A DNA stretch of 64,000 nucleotides from Eledone cirrhosa (taxonomy: Eukaryota): NCBI GenBank assembly GCA_964016885.1, contig OZ024742.1, forward strand, positions 154,318,001 through 154,382,000, read 5' to 3'. Shown here one piece after another: positions 1 through 15,789 of the stretch (its first letter is position 1; each line of letters starts with the position of its first letter). Made by a program: the position numbers and the translations under genes. A model generated the notes under the pieces. That model saw nothing but the letters and a program-made list of their open reading frames with translations, was not told the DNA's origin and did no database searches.

Positions 1-189
1 GATCTAACAGCTGGGTAGGAAGCTGCTTACCTCGAAGATTCATTCGCCATCGTTCTTGTCAACGCTCCGATTACTTGCCATTTGCTGGTCTACAGTTAGA
101 AAAATGGCGCATAAAGGGTTATCGTTTATTGGCAAGAGGTTTTTTTTAATAATAAAAGACGGGTTAAAGCGACCCATAATGTATCTGTC

Positions 190-232
<43 letters not shown>

Positions 233-263
233 ATTTAAATGGATACAGTTCAGTAAAAGGAAT

Positions 264-384
264 TTATTGACACGTGTTTCAATAACAGTTATATAACCTG
301 AAAACAGCTGCTATCTACAAAGTCTTAATTATGCAGACACTCAATATTTCAATGTTATTTTCAACTACCATTTCATCAGAATAA
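264..384 (-). ncRNA. Minimal type-I hammerhead ribozyme with long stem II
   Basis: Minus strand reads ttatt-CTGATGA-aatggtagtt...aactgttatt-GAAAC-ACGT-GTC-aataa. Stems I and II pair, the core is intact and the triplet is GUC. Confidence 0.8.
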
Positions 385-839
385 TATCATTGAGAACTTG
401 TTTGGTTTTTATAGAGAATATTAAGAGGGAGGAGTGAAATTGTTAGAAGAATAGTTAAGGGAGTGGATAGACATTTTTGATAGCAGTGGGTAATTAGATT
501 CCCATCTGTTATTTTGTTAGTTGAGTTTGACATTTTTATAGAATATTCATTATTTGGCGTTGGTTGTATTTGTTATGTTTCTAAATCTATAGAAGGATTA
601 GAGATAGTAAAGATATGCATGGTTGGTTTTGTGTTTGCACTTAATTCACATACATACTTAAATTTTTCTTTCAAGTGTACGTGTCTGTTCGCCCACACAT
701 AAATATATGCGTATATATACTTATTTAAAAAAAACAACATACACATTCACACACATACATATATGTACACCTCTACAAATACATACACTCGCATACACAT
801 ACTTACATGCTCATACCTACATACATATATACCTGCACA

Positions 840-872
<33 letters not shown>

Positions 873-1045
873 GTACATACATACGCATTCATGTATATAC
901 ACTTTCATACTCTACTGATCTTCATATACACACATATAGACACACACATATATACATACATACTCTTGTCCATGTGTATATATATATATATATATATATA
1001 AATACACGTATACATGAATACACATACATTTAAGTATACACATCA

Positions 1046-1104
<59 letters not shown>

Positions 1105-1336
1105 GCTCACCCACTTATTTACTTATTTATATACATTTTCACATATATACATACATATGGTCGCTTTTTGACACATTCATTATAGCATATTCGCACCTAT
1201 TCTCACCACCATATTTATCCATTATTAGTGTGATAATTTAATGTTATTAATAGTACATGTATATGTTGAGAAGAGATTGTGTTTATATTTTTCTAACTAG
1301 ATTGAGGATTTGTCTAGTTGGGAGGATGTCCCTCGT

Positions 1337-1800
1337 TTATGTAATATTCAGCTTGTAGTGGGAAAAAAGGGTTTTAGTTCGGTGACGGCAGAATAACGTT
1401 CGTTCAATTCTGTTATTAAGAAATTTCTTCTTGTGTGTGATTATGTAATAAATCTCAAGATTACATAATTTGCAGAAATTTTGGCTCCTGGAAAAGCTTT
1501 GGGTTTTAGCTAATTTCTCCCATTTTAGGGTAAACTTCTGATCGCTATCCCTGAGCATCCAAGCTTTTTCTGCTAAAGTTGTTACATTTCTTTGGCTCTG
1601 GTGTTTTATTGAGTAAGAATGCCTATATAATCGAGATTTAAACGATGTTGCCGTTGATCCCACGTAATACCACTCGTTGCCTCCGGATTCAATGGTACAT
1701 TTATAGATGATATTTTTTTCAAGGCAGTTATTGCCGAGGGGGCAATTGTCAGGATAGTTGCAGTTACAGTTGTGTACGTTGGTTTTGTAGTTAGGTTCAC
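1337..1800 (-). pseudogene. PLE GIY-YIG endonuclease domain (fragment)
   Basis: ORF 1337..1663 plus upstream in-frame CPLGNNC-NIIY-YVG motifs. Confidence 0.85.
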
Positions 1801-2041
1801 TCTGGAGTAGTATTGCGTACGAACTTAGGTGTGGTTTATTTATGTTCTGTAGTGTATTGTCTACTGTTTTTTTTGTGCTCTTTGTACTTAAGTTTTTAGT
1901 GTTTTCGTTTAACCTTCTAGTATTGATCTTTTTTATGTGTTGTTCAAGGTTTAACGCTGTAGAGTATGACAGTCTTATAGTGGTAGGGTTAGGATTCTAT
2001 GGTATTTGTGTAATATTCATATTACAACATTACGGATAATA

Positions 2042-2114
<73 letters not shown>

Positions 2115-2177
2115 TATATATGTGTGTGTGTATGTATTCATATATATATTTATATATATGTATGTATGAATGTATAT

Positions 2178-2224
<47 letters not shown>

Positions 2225-2379
2225 ATGTGTGTGTGTGGGTGGGTGTGGGTGTGTGTGTATACATATATTTTTATGTGTATATTTATATATGGGTATATGT
2301 GTATATCTATATATGTGTATATGGGTTTGTATATGTATATATATATATATATATGTGTATGTATATGTTTGTATACGTA

Positions 2380-2413
<34 letters not shown>

Positions 2414-2416
2414 TAA

Positions 2417-2483
<67 letters not shown>

Positions 2484-2539
2484 CGTGTATGTGCGGGCGG
2501 GCGTTCGCGTGTATGTATGTGTGCGTGCGCGTGTCTGTG

Positions 2540-2792
2540 TGTGAATGTAGCGAAGATAATACGTCAGAATGACGTTATGCAGATAGCCAGGCATAAATAC
2601 ATATATTATAAGAGCGCGACGGAGATGGATAACCGGCGCCTAACACCCTTTAACAACAGAAAATTGAAAAAAAAGTGTCAGTTAAATATCTTTAGACCAC
2701 AAGGAATATATAAATATAAGTTTGAAGTCAATCGGAGTAGAAATGTGGATTTGTATAAACTTCGCAAAAATGAGGACACACAGAAAACATAA

Positions 2793-2800
<8 letters not shown>
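2540..2800. mobile_element. Possible non-autonomous Helitron/HINE-like repeat fragment
   Basis: The motif aagtttgaagtcaatcggagtagaaatgtggatttgtat...acacacag..tatata resembles subterminal regions of such elements. Recognised from memory only. Confidence 0.3.
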
Positions 2801-2826
<26 letters not shown>

Positions 2827-2832
2827 AACACA

Positions 2833-2907
<75 letters not shown>

Positions 2908-3221
2908 TCTATTGCTTACACATTAATTTATATATTCATTTACACAAATATTTTGAACATAAAAGAGGATTACATGACAATTTAAGTGAATATCTAGTTT
3001 TCCCACATGTAAACATACTGGGTTATATAGGTGCACACACGAGTAAGCAAGCGTTAGACATATTATTTATTGCAATGTCTATGTCTGTATAATTTTGTCG
3101 ATATTCGTGATACTACATATATTACCTGTTCGATATCATCAAAATAAACATATATATATAAACACACACTCAGACAGATGCGTAAACATGTCTTTATCTA
3201 TAGAGCACAATATATCTACAC

Positions 3222-3272
3222 CTATATATATATATATATTTATATGCACATGTATATATATAATATAAAGTT

Positions 3273-3320
<48 letters not shown>

Positions 3321-3423
3321 ATATATATATATATATATATATAAATATATACACATATATATATATATACATATATATACATATCTAAATACATATATAT
3401 ATATATATATAGATATATATGTA

Positions 3424-3504
<81 letters not shown>

Positions 3505-3535
3505 GTATATATATATATGTATATATATATATGTA

Positions 3536-3603
<68 letters not shown>
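3222..3603. repeat. Compound (TA)n microsatellite, representative of dozens in the window
   Basis: Direct reading. Confidence 0.95.
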
Positions 3604-3606
<3 letters not shown>

Positions 3607-4045
3607 CACACTTAAAACTACGATTCTGCTTCCGCCTGAACCAGGTATTGCCAGTAAATTACTAACATCTTTCATTTTAGTCGTGAAGTAAAGCAGAGAG
3701 CGTTTGTCCGATATTTTGCTGTAGTCACCGGAGAAACACAGATTTTTGTTTTAAAAATCAATAACTGCCAAAATAATCATGTTGTATTGATGTGAAATAT
3801 AGGAAAAGATTTCTGTATCTTTGTGTTTTATCTCCTGAAAACTTGACAAATGGAGCGCTTCAGATCGTCATAATCTAAATAATCAATATATTTCTTCAAC
3901 CATGCATATAATCTGTTCACATTTAGTCAAGTTGTATAGCAATTTTAACATCTAATCTTCAATATTACGCGCTTAGTGCTTTCTTTAATAGAAATATATC
4001 CATGTACACATTTACATATACACGTACCTATACACATTAATGTAG

Positions 4046-4087
<42 letters not shown>

Positions 4088-4175
4088 AAATATATATACA
4101 TATATATTTGAAAATATACATATTTATATGTATCATCAACGTAGATATGTATTTATATAGATATAGATATATACG

Positions 4176-4239
<64 letters not shown>

Positions 4240-4292
4240 TATATATATATACAAATACATCTATATATGTATATATATATATATATATGTAC

Positions 4293-4412
<120 letters not shown>

Positions 4413-5774
4413 CCTAATATATACACATATCTCAATATTTACGTTTATATGGTTATGCCTGTGAACGTATGCAGGAACATGAGTATGTGTATGTGTTTGT
4501 GTGTCTGTGTCTCTGTATGTATGTGGCTGTATGTGTCTGCAATTTCTTTGCTCTCATTCTATTTTGTCTTTGCCGAAGAATTGGTTTCAAAATATTTGTT
4601 TTGCTTTCTTTCTATTTGCTTGCCACTTTCGTTTAATCTGACTAAAATAAAGACAAAAATATATAATGTTTGTCGAAATGCCTTTTCTCTATCCAAAACA
4701 GTATTGATTTCAAATACAGAGAATTACATAAGTATGTTTATATGTATATTTAGATATGAATGCACATACATATTGTATATTTATACAAAACACAATGCAC
4801 AAAGCATTCGACACACTCACCGTTAATGCCTACAAATATATAGAGATTTTGACAAATTCGTGCATATTTGTTTGTATGTGAGTAGCCATGCACGTTCACA
4901 CACACACATATATATATATGTGTGTGAGTGCCTGTGTGTATGTTTATATATACAAACACACACACATACACTCACGCACACGCGCCCCTTCCCCGCACAC
5001 ATATATATATATATGTGTGAGTGCCTGTGTATATGTTTATATACACACACACACACTCACACACTCACACATATACACACACACACCCCAACACACACAC
5101 ATATATATATATTTCAAGATCTAAGAAAAGACAAAGATAGGTACACCACAGCACAGGACGTTTATCCCAAAGTTTGCTGGTAATCGCGAATATGTTTTGG
5201 CGTACTGGATTATAGTCCTTCATCCTGAGAATTTGGGACAAATCACTGTTCGGAAGGTTGATGATGAAAAGAGGTTTTATCAGGTCAATTTATCCGGGAT
5301 GCGGGTTGTTTATTTGTGTATTTATTTTGTAGTACTGTATGTTTTGCAAGTGATTTAGTGTGTGTTTTGCGTATTGCTAATGACATTGTGTGTTTCGTGT
5401 ATTGCTAATGACAAGTATGAGTTTGTTTTCCATCAGATGCATATATATGATTAATTCTACAGGATTTTCTAGTGTTCCCTTATGAATAAAAAATGTGTCT
5501 AGGACACATAGGCTAATGAATGGTTATGATAATTATTGCTGAAATACAAACTATACGTTTTATCTTCAGATCTGTCCTGATTGAGGTGACAAGATAAACA
5601 ATTCCCCTGCAAATATAATCATCCCGTGTGAAATGGAGACGATTTCTGTAATCTAGAGTAATACTGTTTACGTTAATGATGTGTATGTGTATATGCTTGT
5701 CTGTTTATGCGTTATTTATATAAGCTTGTGTTTGTGATGTCATGTGTGTGTGGGTGTGTGTGTGTGTATGTGTG

Positions 5775-5805
<31 letters not shown>

Positions 5806-6190
5806 TTATGTATATATAAAGTAGAAAAGGTTGGGAATAGCGAAACGATATATCGAAATCTCCAAGTATTATATTATCCGAATATAAATGAAGGTTTGCA
5901 TGAAATCTTCCATATTACGTATATCTCTCGATTATGTTCTAGTTGAAAATAATGTTTCCTCCATGGCTCCTAGAAACTTAAGCATGGAATGTATTCATAA
6001 CTATAACTGTATCATTGGTCCATATCATCAAAGTGTACATTTAAAGCAGGCATCTTGCCGTGTGTTCCATAATCTAATATGTATAGCTATATATGACGTG
6101 TATAAACTCAATAAACTTATACATACACATGCACACAGCAACTGTCTCTCACACACGCACGCACACGCACGCACACACACACACACACAC

Positions 6191-6321
<131 letters not shown>

Positions 6322-6336
6322 GATATGTATGTATAT

Positions 6337-6392
<56 letters not shown>

Positions 6393-7490
6393 GTAAATAT
6401 CTTTAAGTCGTTTGGAAGCCTCAACAATGCAAATGGGTAAATCTCCGGGTAACAAGATCCGGTAGTGGAGAGAGAGATGTAAGTGGGTGTACGTTGAGAT
6501 GCGTGGTGTGTATAAGATGTGTAAGATGTGTAGAAGAATGAAGGGAAGAGTATAAAGGATAAAATAAAAATAAAATTAACAACACAAGAGAGTGTTATGT
6601 TGGTAGAGATTTAATAGTCAAACCAGGGCCTCGTCTTTCCGGAAACACATAGACAAATTCGGAAACAAAGACGGAAGGTCCATTGTCACAATTCTAGCGA
6701 GTGAAAGAAACGTCGGCACGTTAAGTATCAAGGAAGCGCTTTTTATCAAACGCCTGCAACCGCAAATAAACAAACGATCAGAGAGAAGCGAAATGAGATG
6801 GCTGGTTTAAGTTAACAATCGATGCAGCTACACACAACACACGCACACACACACACACAAACGAGACAACTACACACACACACGCACACACACACATTAG
6901 CATTCCACCATACGAACATACTACACTGCCAATACAGAGGAACAAGGCAACAACACACACACACACTCAAGCGAGGCAACAACACACGCACACACACACA
7001 CAGTAACATTTAACAAACAGGCAGAGAATGGACTGACAGCTAGCGCCACCTCACTCCCTCACTCGGCCGCTGACCTCTGCCCGACCGACCCCATTTCACG
7101 CGCACCCGCGCTCTGCCGAATACCTCAGATATTCAAAACAACACACAGCAGAGGACGCGTTTCGCACCTGTCCGACAGACAACCTTGTCCCCCACCCCGG
7201 AAAAAAAACCCAGTTGATGGATGTGAATCCGAAATTTATAGGGACTATTAAATCTCTACCAAGGTAACTCTCTCTTGTGTTGTTATTTTTATTTTTATGT
7301 TATCCTTTATACTCTTCCCTTCATTCTTCTACACATCTTACACATCTTATACACACCACGCATCTCAACGTACCCCCACTTACATCTCTCTCTTCACCAC
7401 CGGATCTTGTTACCCTGAGATTTACCCATTTGCATTGTCGAGGCTTCCAAACGACTTAAAGATATTTACTTATTATTCCACAATGCTTCA
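6393..7490 (+). mobile_element. PLE 3' fragment (Poseidon-like GIY-YIG C-terminus) with an inverted copy of its 3' end
   Basis: 6623-6810 translates to ..VTILASERNVGTLSIKEALFIKRLQPQINKRSE..*. 6393-6619 is the reverse complement of 7243-7469. A degenerate HHR lies at 7209-7243 (ggat-gtga-atcc-GAAA-tttATA-ggg). Confidence 0.8.
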
Positions 7491-7504
7491 AGCAAACTTC
7501 AATA

Positions 7505-7653
<149 letters not shown>

Positions 7654-7864
7654 GATTTGATGGGATAGTGAGTCGGTCGAAGGCTGTAGGGGGGTGCGTA
7701 GTGGTATACGACGTTTTGTGGGTATTTAAAGCCTGGTTGAGCCCATGTCGCTAGAGATATAAACTGAGAAATTTCTTTTCAGTGAAAAAATGAGAGTGAA
7801 AGAGAGAAAGTGAGAAACAGATATAGAGGAAAAGTCGCCCCCAAATGTTGAATGGAACTATTAT

Positions 7865-7986
7865 AATCGACCTCGAAAAAATGAATTTTAAAGTCGACCT
7901 TGGTTGAACACAGAGAAAAGAGAGCGGGAACGAATATCACAAAGCATTCTATCAAAGGTTCTAGCGATTCAGCTAATTCACCACCT
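7865..7986 (-). mobile_element. Degenerate SINE copy
   Basis: Weak match to the window's SINE core (aatcgacctcgaaaaaatgaa..aaagtcgacc). Confidence 0.45.
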
Positions 7987-8604
7987 TAAATATATATATA
8001 TTTACACAAACACACGCTTTCTCTCTCCATATCACTCTCTCGTACACACACGCACAAACTCACACAATCACACATTGACATATACATGAGTACATACATA
8101 CAAAATGGCTGCCCCTTCATTGTCGAGTATGGCCATTGCACGATAAACCATTATTAATTAATTCTATCGTGCAATGCCCGTGCGTCAAGATATTTTTTAA
8201 AGTGAGGAAAGACTGTGCATTGAGACAATCCCACTCTCTGAGCGACAGTAACTATAACCTGAGGTGCAGGTTTTATATCGGAGTTATCCCAGTTTCCTGA
8301 GTTGCCTTCTCCTAGAAGAATGCCCTGACAAGAGCTTGGGGTCCTTCACTCCCCGTGGTTTAACCACGCGGTATTTGTGTATATATATATTTATACACTT
8401 TTTGGAAGACCGTTGACTCTTATGAGTTCTTCCGTCTTTTGTCAGGTTTTGCATTTTGTCCTGAAGGGTGTCCAAAATCTGCATCCTCAGTAAGTAAACT
8501 TGGTGGGGTTGCCGGTTTAGTCGCCGATGATCCCGACTATGAGACAGGTTTGTACTGGGTTACATGTTACCAGTAACACTCAAGTGTGACCCGCAGAATA
8601 CATG

Positions 8605-9686
<1,082 letters not shown>

Positions 9687-10024
9687 ATGATATATATATA
9701 TATATATTTACGTATATATATAGATTTTATCTTCAAATTTATTATTATTACTATATATATATTTATATATCTAATTGCCTTCTACATAACTAGAACTGTC
9801 TGCTGTCTGATTCGTATGAATGCATTAGAAATTCCTTATGATTTCATACGAATGAAACTGTTCTATCCTTGTAGAAGTTATTTCTTTTCATAATAAAGAT
9901 ATCTATACTCCACCAAAGTATCGAGTAGCTTGTTTTAACTGTGCTCATCACCGACACCACTGTGAAAACTACATAATATATATATATGTACGCATACACT
10001 CACACCACACCCATACACACATAC

Positions 10025-10067
<43 letters not shown>

Positions 10068-10121
10068 GATTTTCAGCCCCATGGATTTATCTATTACATT
10101 CATTTATTATATTTCGAATAC

Positions 10122-10260
10122 CTGATGATATCACCGGATTCATACGGAACCCCGTCAGTTCTAGCATCACCAACTACAAAAACGAAGACGGTTCTACTCT
10201 CCATATTATTACATTAAGAATGACCATACGGAATTGACCAGCTCTATCCAGTGGTGAATC
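10122..10260 (+). ncRNA. Degenerate hammerhead remnant between (TA)n tracts
   Basis: CTGATGA-t-atcaccggat...atccagtggt-GAAT. Stem II pairs, but the GAAA box is mutated. Confidence 0.4.
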
Positions 10261-10268
10261 TTCAAACC

Positions 10269-10321
<53 letters not shown>

Positions 10322-11389
10322 ATGTGTGTATATGTCCGTGTGGTAAGTTATATATGTATAATTTTGATTCTGTTTATTTGTTCCATACATATTTGAACTT
10401 GCCACGTAAGAAAAATAAATACATCGTATAGTGAGTATATGTAGAGAATTCCGTACTTAATGTTTTCACACAAAAAGAACAAAGAGATATATTATATATT
10501 GTCTTTTACAACATACCAATGAAACATTCGACAAATGTAGAGGATATATTACAACATAGATTACAGAAGGGAAGTGTTGAAGAAAAATGACCGAATTGAT
10601 TTATTATTAAACTAACACAATTTTTGTAGTTCTGGCTCTTGTGTATACATTTATTATCTATATATTTTATCCTTTTTTATAGTGTTATCTATATTTCGTA
10701 ATTTTATTCTTATTTATATCTAAACAATTACCCATCTATTATCGATTTCTATTTGAATATGTCTCTGATTTTCTCTCTCATATCTTCTTTTCTTTCTCTT
10801 TTTTTCTCAGTATTTATCTGTCTATCTATCTTTGTCTGTTGACTTATGTATATCTAAGTATCGATCTGATACATATGAATGTGTGTCTCTTCCTGTGTGT
10901 GCTGGCATGCAAAACTATACATCTATCTATCCGTCTATCAAAGTATCTGTTCATCTTTCATTTCGTTATTTCTGTTTAGATTCTATAAAATGTTACAGCC
11001 ATAATCATATACTTGTATATTTGATTGATATACTTATCAAACAAAGACATTCAATGTTTGTCTGTGCAGACTCTACGATTTCCTTCTTTATCAGTATATG
11101 ATATATTATTTTTATTATCTTTATTGTTCAAGTTTTGATATATACATCAGATGATTCTTTTATGAAAAGAAGATTTAGAAGAAACTGGGACAATATACAT
11201 CTCTTTCAAGGGATGTTACTTCGATTTGTGTCAGACGTTTGGTTTAGACGTGGTCATTTATTAGAAGCGTTAACGTATTACACGTTACTCTATCTAGTTC
11301 CGTTATGTGAATGTCAAGTACTATACAGCCACCTCTTAATCGTATTATCTATATTATATGTTACTATTACCAATATTTTCCATGACAAA

Positions 11390-11990
11390 GGCGGTGGATT
11401 GGCTGAATCGTTAGGGTGTCAGGTAATATATTTGAATCCATACGTTCTGGGTTCCAAATCAACCAATGTTATATTTGCCTTTTTTCCTTCAGGGGTCGAC
11501 AAAATAAAGTAGAGGTAAAGTACTTGGTTCCATATAATCGATATTCTCAAATTCCTGGCCTTTGTCATAATTTACAAATTATTTGGGTGATGGAATAGAA
11601 GAATCATTGGAGCGACGGACTGAATACTTTTCGGTATTTTTGTTACGAGAGTTTACCTTCTGATTTCAAATCCTGCTGAGGCCAGACTTGCCTTTTGTAG
11701 CTTTCCGGGGTCGATAAAAATAGATTACCAGTTTATTACTGTCTCTTTCTGCCTAAAATGAATTGTCTTGTTCTACAAATTGTAACCTGGAACATGGAAA
11801 AATAGCGGAGCAATTGCAGGATCCTTAGATTCTCAAATAGATTCCTTTGGGGCATTCAGTTATTTATTTTCACGTTATGATTTCATATCCTTACAATGTC
11901 AAATGTTCTTTCATCGTTCTGAAGGCAATCAAATTAAGTACCAGTCGAAAACTGTGATTGATATAATCGTCATGTCCTTTCTCTGAATTG
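11390..11990 (+). mobile_element. Cluster of about three old, degenerate SINE copies
   Basis: Three decayed matches to ttcaaatcc..ttgccttt..ggggtcgataaaa..taccag. Confidence 0.6.
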
Positions 11991-12628
11991 TTAATTAATT
12001 ATTAAAGAAAAGATAATTTTATCATCACATTCCTTACTTGGAAATTGACAGATATATCATACTGAAGGCGCATAGAATTTTACACAAGTCATTATGGAAG
12101 TTCTTGTTTAACTAAGTATGTTCAAGGTTAACCCCTTCTTCACGGTAACATGCATAACTACGAAACATACATTGTGAACCACGAACTTATAATACTATTA
12201 CTAATCATTACTACATGCTGAAGGTTGCACTATATTTTTTTAAATGTCCACCATATAAGCTACATGCATGTTAATATACGCCTTTATTCATGTAGTGTGC
12301 ATGTATAACGACATCAGATTTATTTTCTGTAGCAATTTGAGTTTGAATATTAAGAAATATGTTAAGAAAAACACATTTTTTTAAATACATACACACGAAA
12401 GCACACTATCATATGCAAATGAGGCTAATCAGTCAATGTACTTAGGCGTCAAACTATATTGAATTCCAGCCGAAGTCAAGATACGGGGAGCACTGTCTTG
12501 GTAAGGCCCAGTGCAGAAACGATTATATACAGTTACCTTCCCCTGGAATGCATTAGATGACTCTAAAGGCTTTCAAATATTTATTCGTACCCATACCGTT
12601 TACTGTTAGATACACAAGATAAACTAAA

Positions 12629-12672
<44 letters not shown>

Positions 12673-12688
12673 ACACATATATATATAC

Positions 12689-12735
<47 letters not shown>

Positions 12736-13097
12736 AACAAATGAAGTATAAGTCAACAGGTTAAAATTAATTGTGTTTATTCATAGTTGATGTAATGTAT
12801 ATTTCGTTGATAACCATTATGCAACAGTTATATATCTAATCAAACAGCTAAATTTGAACACACAAATAGAAAAATTAAAGAAGAAATAGAGCATACTTCT
12901 GTTATTTCCATTCCATTGATATGATCCAGCCTGAATGTTGGTGTTGCTTTCATAAGTCTCTGGGAATAAATATATATATATATATATATATAGTATTAAT
13001 ATATATAGTATTAATAGCTCCGAAGAATCCAAACCTCGGTTTGGAGGAAACAATTGTAAGCATATAAATGATTTGAACATAACTTTGATTCCTATAA

Positions 13098-13171
<74 letters not shown>

Positions 13172-13202
13172 ACCTGTTGGACATTTTCGTGACTGTATCG
13201 CC

Positions 13203-13280
<78 letters not shown>

Positions 13281-13312
13281 CTGTGTGTGTGTGTGTCTGT
13301 GTGTGTGTGTGT

Positions 13313-13377
<65 letters not shown>

Positions 13378-13737
13378 ACAACTAGTTATCGCTCTATATG
13401 GCTGAATATTACAAATGTAATCTGAGTCTTTCCAGTATTAATAATAATTTTCGATTTATTTGCAATTATAGAAACACCCTTTTATATATGCCATGTTAGT
13501 AGAATGAGTCCTTCATTGTCGCTCTTGCGTTGGCATGCAAATAGAACTTAAGACACCAATGCTTCTGGGTGAATACCCTTCATCAGTGCAGTTTACTGCT
13601 TCCCTGTCAACTAGAGAAAATATATGATATGTTCTGAAATATTCAGTGACTAATCGGCCTGATGTGCATATTTGCAGACCTGCTGGTCAGTCAGGTCTAC
13701 ATATTAGCAGACCCACTGCTCAGCCAATCTATATATA

Positions 13738-13850
13738 TATGAAAACAGGGAGAAAGAGACGATTATGAGGAAGAACAAAATATTTTTTTTCTTTTTTGTT
13801 TCTCATAATTTGTCTTCCTCATAATCCTCTCTTTCTCCCTGTTTTCATAT
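13738..13850. repeat. Small fold-back of a Neptune-like PLE terminus
   Basis: atgaaaacagggagaaagagacgattatgaggaaga pairs with tcttcctcataatcctctctttctccctgttttcat. The same terminus occurs at 32044 and 34378. Confidence 0.7.
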
Positions 13851-13913
13851 ATATATATATATATCCTAACTCGTGTGCCTCCTCTCCACATTTTATTATT
13901 TTATATATATAAA

Positions 13914-14102
13914 GGGCGGTGGATAGGCAGTATCGATAGAGAGTCGGACACAATGCTTTGAAGCATAGAGTTACGTCCGTTTATGATATGAGTTCAAATC
14001 CCGCCGAGGTTAACTTTGCCTTTCATCCTTACGGGGTCGATAAAATAAAGTACCAGTAACGTACTGGGTGATTGCTGGCCTTGTGCCAACAGTAGAAACA
14101 AT
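13914..14102 (+). mobile_element. tRNA-derived SINE
   Basis: A-box-like head, B-box gagttcaaatccc and a conserved core actttgcctttcatccttacggggtcgataaaataaagtaccag. Multi-copy in the window. Confidence 0.9.
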
Positions 14103-14175
14103 CCTTATATATATATATATATATAGGAAAAGGTATGACCCCGAGGGCAGAGCTCAAGCCGTTTCGACGGTTATG

Positions 14176-14354
14176 GGGGATGGGCAGTATTGGTAGAAGG
14201 TCGGACACCATGCTTTGCAGCACAGACTTATGCCCCGTTATAGTCTGAGTTCAAGTCCCGCCGAGGTTCACTTTGCCTTTCATCAATCGAGGCCGATAAA
14301 ATAAAGTATCAGTAATGTACTGATTTATGCTGGTCTTGTGCCAAAAGTAGAAAC
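14176..14354 (+). mobile_element. tRNA-derived SINE
   Basis: Same family as 13914. Confidence 0.85.
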
Positions 14355-14371
14355 ATATATATATATATATG

Positions 14372-14508
<137 letters not shown>

Positions 14509-14586
14509 GACGTAAAATAAGAAAATATTTTTTTTTTTTTTTTTTTTTTTAAATTTAAAAAAAATTTTTTTCTTACTTAAATTTTC

Positions 14587-14668
14587 ACTCCAACTAATTA
14601 GTTTCTGCAATGGGATAAAGACAGTTACGTAATCCAACTGTCGAGAATTCATTGCGTCATCAGGGAGT
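14587..14668 (-). ncRNA. Type-I hammerhead ribozyme, array copy 1
   Basis: actcc-CTGATGA-c-gcaatg..gacagtt/aactgtc..cattgc-a-GAAAC-TAATTA-GTT-ggagt. Confidence 0.85.
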
Positions 14669-15149
14669 CTATTCTCAGTTAAGTCTCCAGGCAATGCGCG
14701 GACACTGGCGGCTCATATAAAAATAATAATAATTCGGTAGATCGAACAGCTTGCGAGGACTGGATTCTATGTACCGAAATTCTCACTGCTTCAAGTCAAA
14801 TGGCCGATTCTAAAGAATCAATCACGTGACACAGAGGCTAGTTAGAAGGAATGGGATGGTAAGATGACTGACGCCTACTAACACCCCAAAAAAAATTTTT
14901 TTAGAAGTGGTTTTGACAAGTTTGCTCGACAAATCAGTGATTTGGAGATAAATATAGATAATTTAATATATCAACTAACATAAGCGCACAGATGCACGCC
15001 CATGCCAGCAAATACACAGGTTATGTCATAGTACCTAGGTGGTTCAATGCAGGAGAATGCAGAACAATAATATAAAGGACGTAAAATAAGAAAATATTTT
15101 TTTTTTTTTTTTTAAATTTAAAAAAAAATTTTTTCTTACTTAAATTTTC

Positions 15150-15231
15150 ACTCCAACTAATTAGTTTCTGCAATGGGATAAAGACAGTTACGTAATCCAA
15201 CTGTCGAGAATTCATTGCGTCATCAGGGAGT
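15150..15231 (-). ncRNA. Type-I hammerhead ribozyme, array copy 2
   Basis: Identical to copy 1. Confidence 0.85.
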
Positions 15232-15707
15232 CTATTCTCAGTTAAGTCTCCAGGCAATGCGCGGACACTGGCGGCTCATATAAAAATAATAATAATTCGG
15301 TAGATCGAACAGCTTGCGAGGACTGGATTCTATGTACCGAAATTCTCACTGCTTCAAGTCAAATGGCCGATTCTAAAGAATCAATCACGTGACACAGAGG
15401 CTAGTTAGAAGGAATGGGATGGTAAGATGACTGACGCCTACTAACACCCCAAAAAAAATTTTTTTAGAAGTGGTTTTGACAAGTTTGCTCGACAAATCAG
15501 TGATTTGGAGATAAATATAGATAATTTAATATATCAACTAACATAAGCGCACAGATGCACGCCCATGCCAGCAAATACACAGGTTATGTCATAGTACCTA
15601 GGTGGTTCAATGCAGGAGAATGCAGAACAATAATAAAAAGGACGTAAAATAAGAAAATATTTTTTTTTTTTTAATTTAAAAAAAATTTTTTTCTTACTTA
15701 AATTTTC

Positions 15708-15789
15708 ACTCCAACTAATTAGTTTCTGCAATGGGATAAAGACAGTTACGTAATCCAACTGTCGAGAATTCATTGCGTCATCAGGGAGT
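15708..15789 (-). ncRNA. Type-I hammerhead ribozyme, array copy 3
   Basis: Identical to copy 1. Confidence 0.85.

Larger units (their letters stand above)
228..2042 (-). mobile_element. 5'-truncated Penelope-like element (Naiad-like): GIY-YIG endonuclease region plus 3' UTR ending in a hammerhead, between (TA)n tracts
   Basis: The minus strand encodes IRLSYST..CNYPDNCPLGNNCLEKNIIYKC..YYVGSTATSFKSRLYRH..LKWEKL..CKLCNLE..LNNRIE..CRH. This matches the Cys-rich GIY-YIG of Naiad-type PLEs. Confidence 0.85.

Noticed and set aside
8230-8560. Possible RTE 5' UTR or hammerhead (CTGAGGA-tgca..tgca-AAAC on minus)
   Set aside because: The core and stem I are incomplete and the resemblance is too weak to call.
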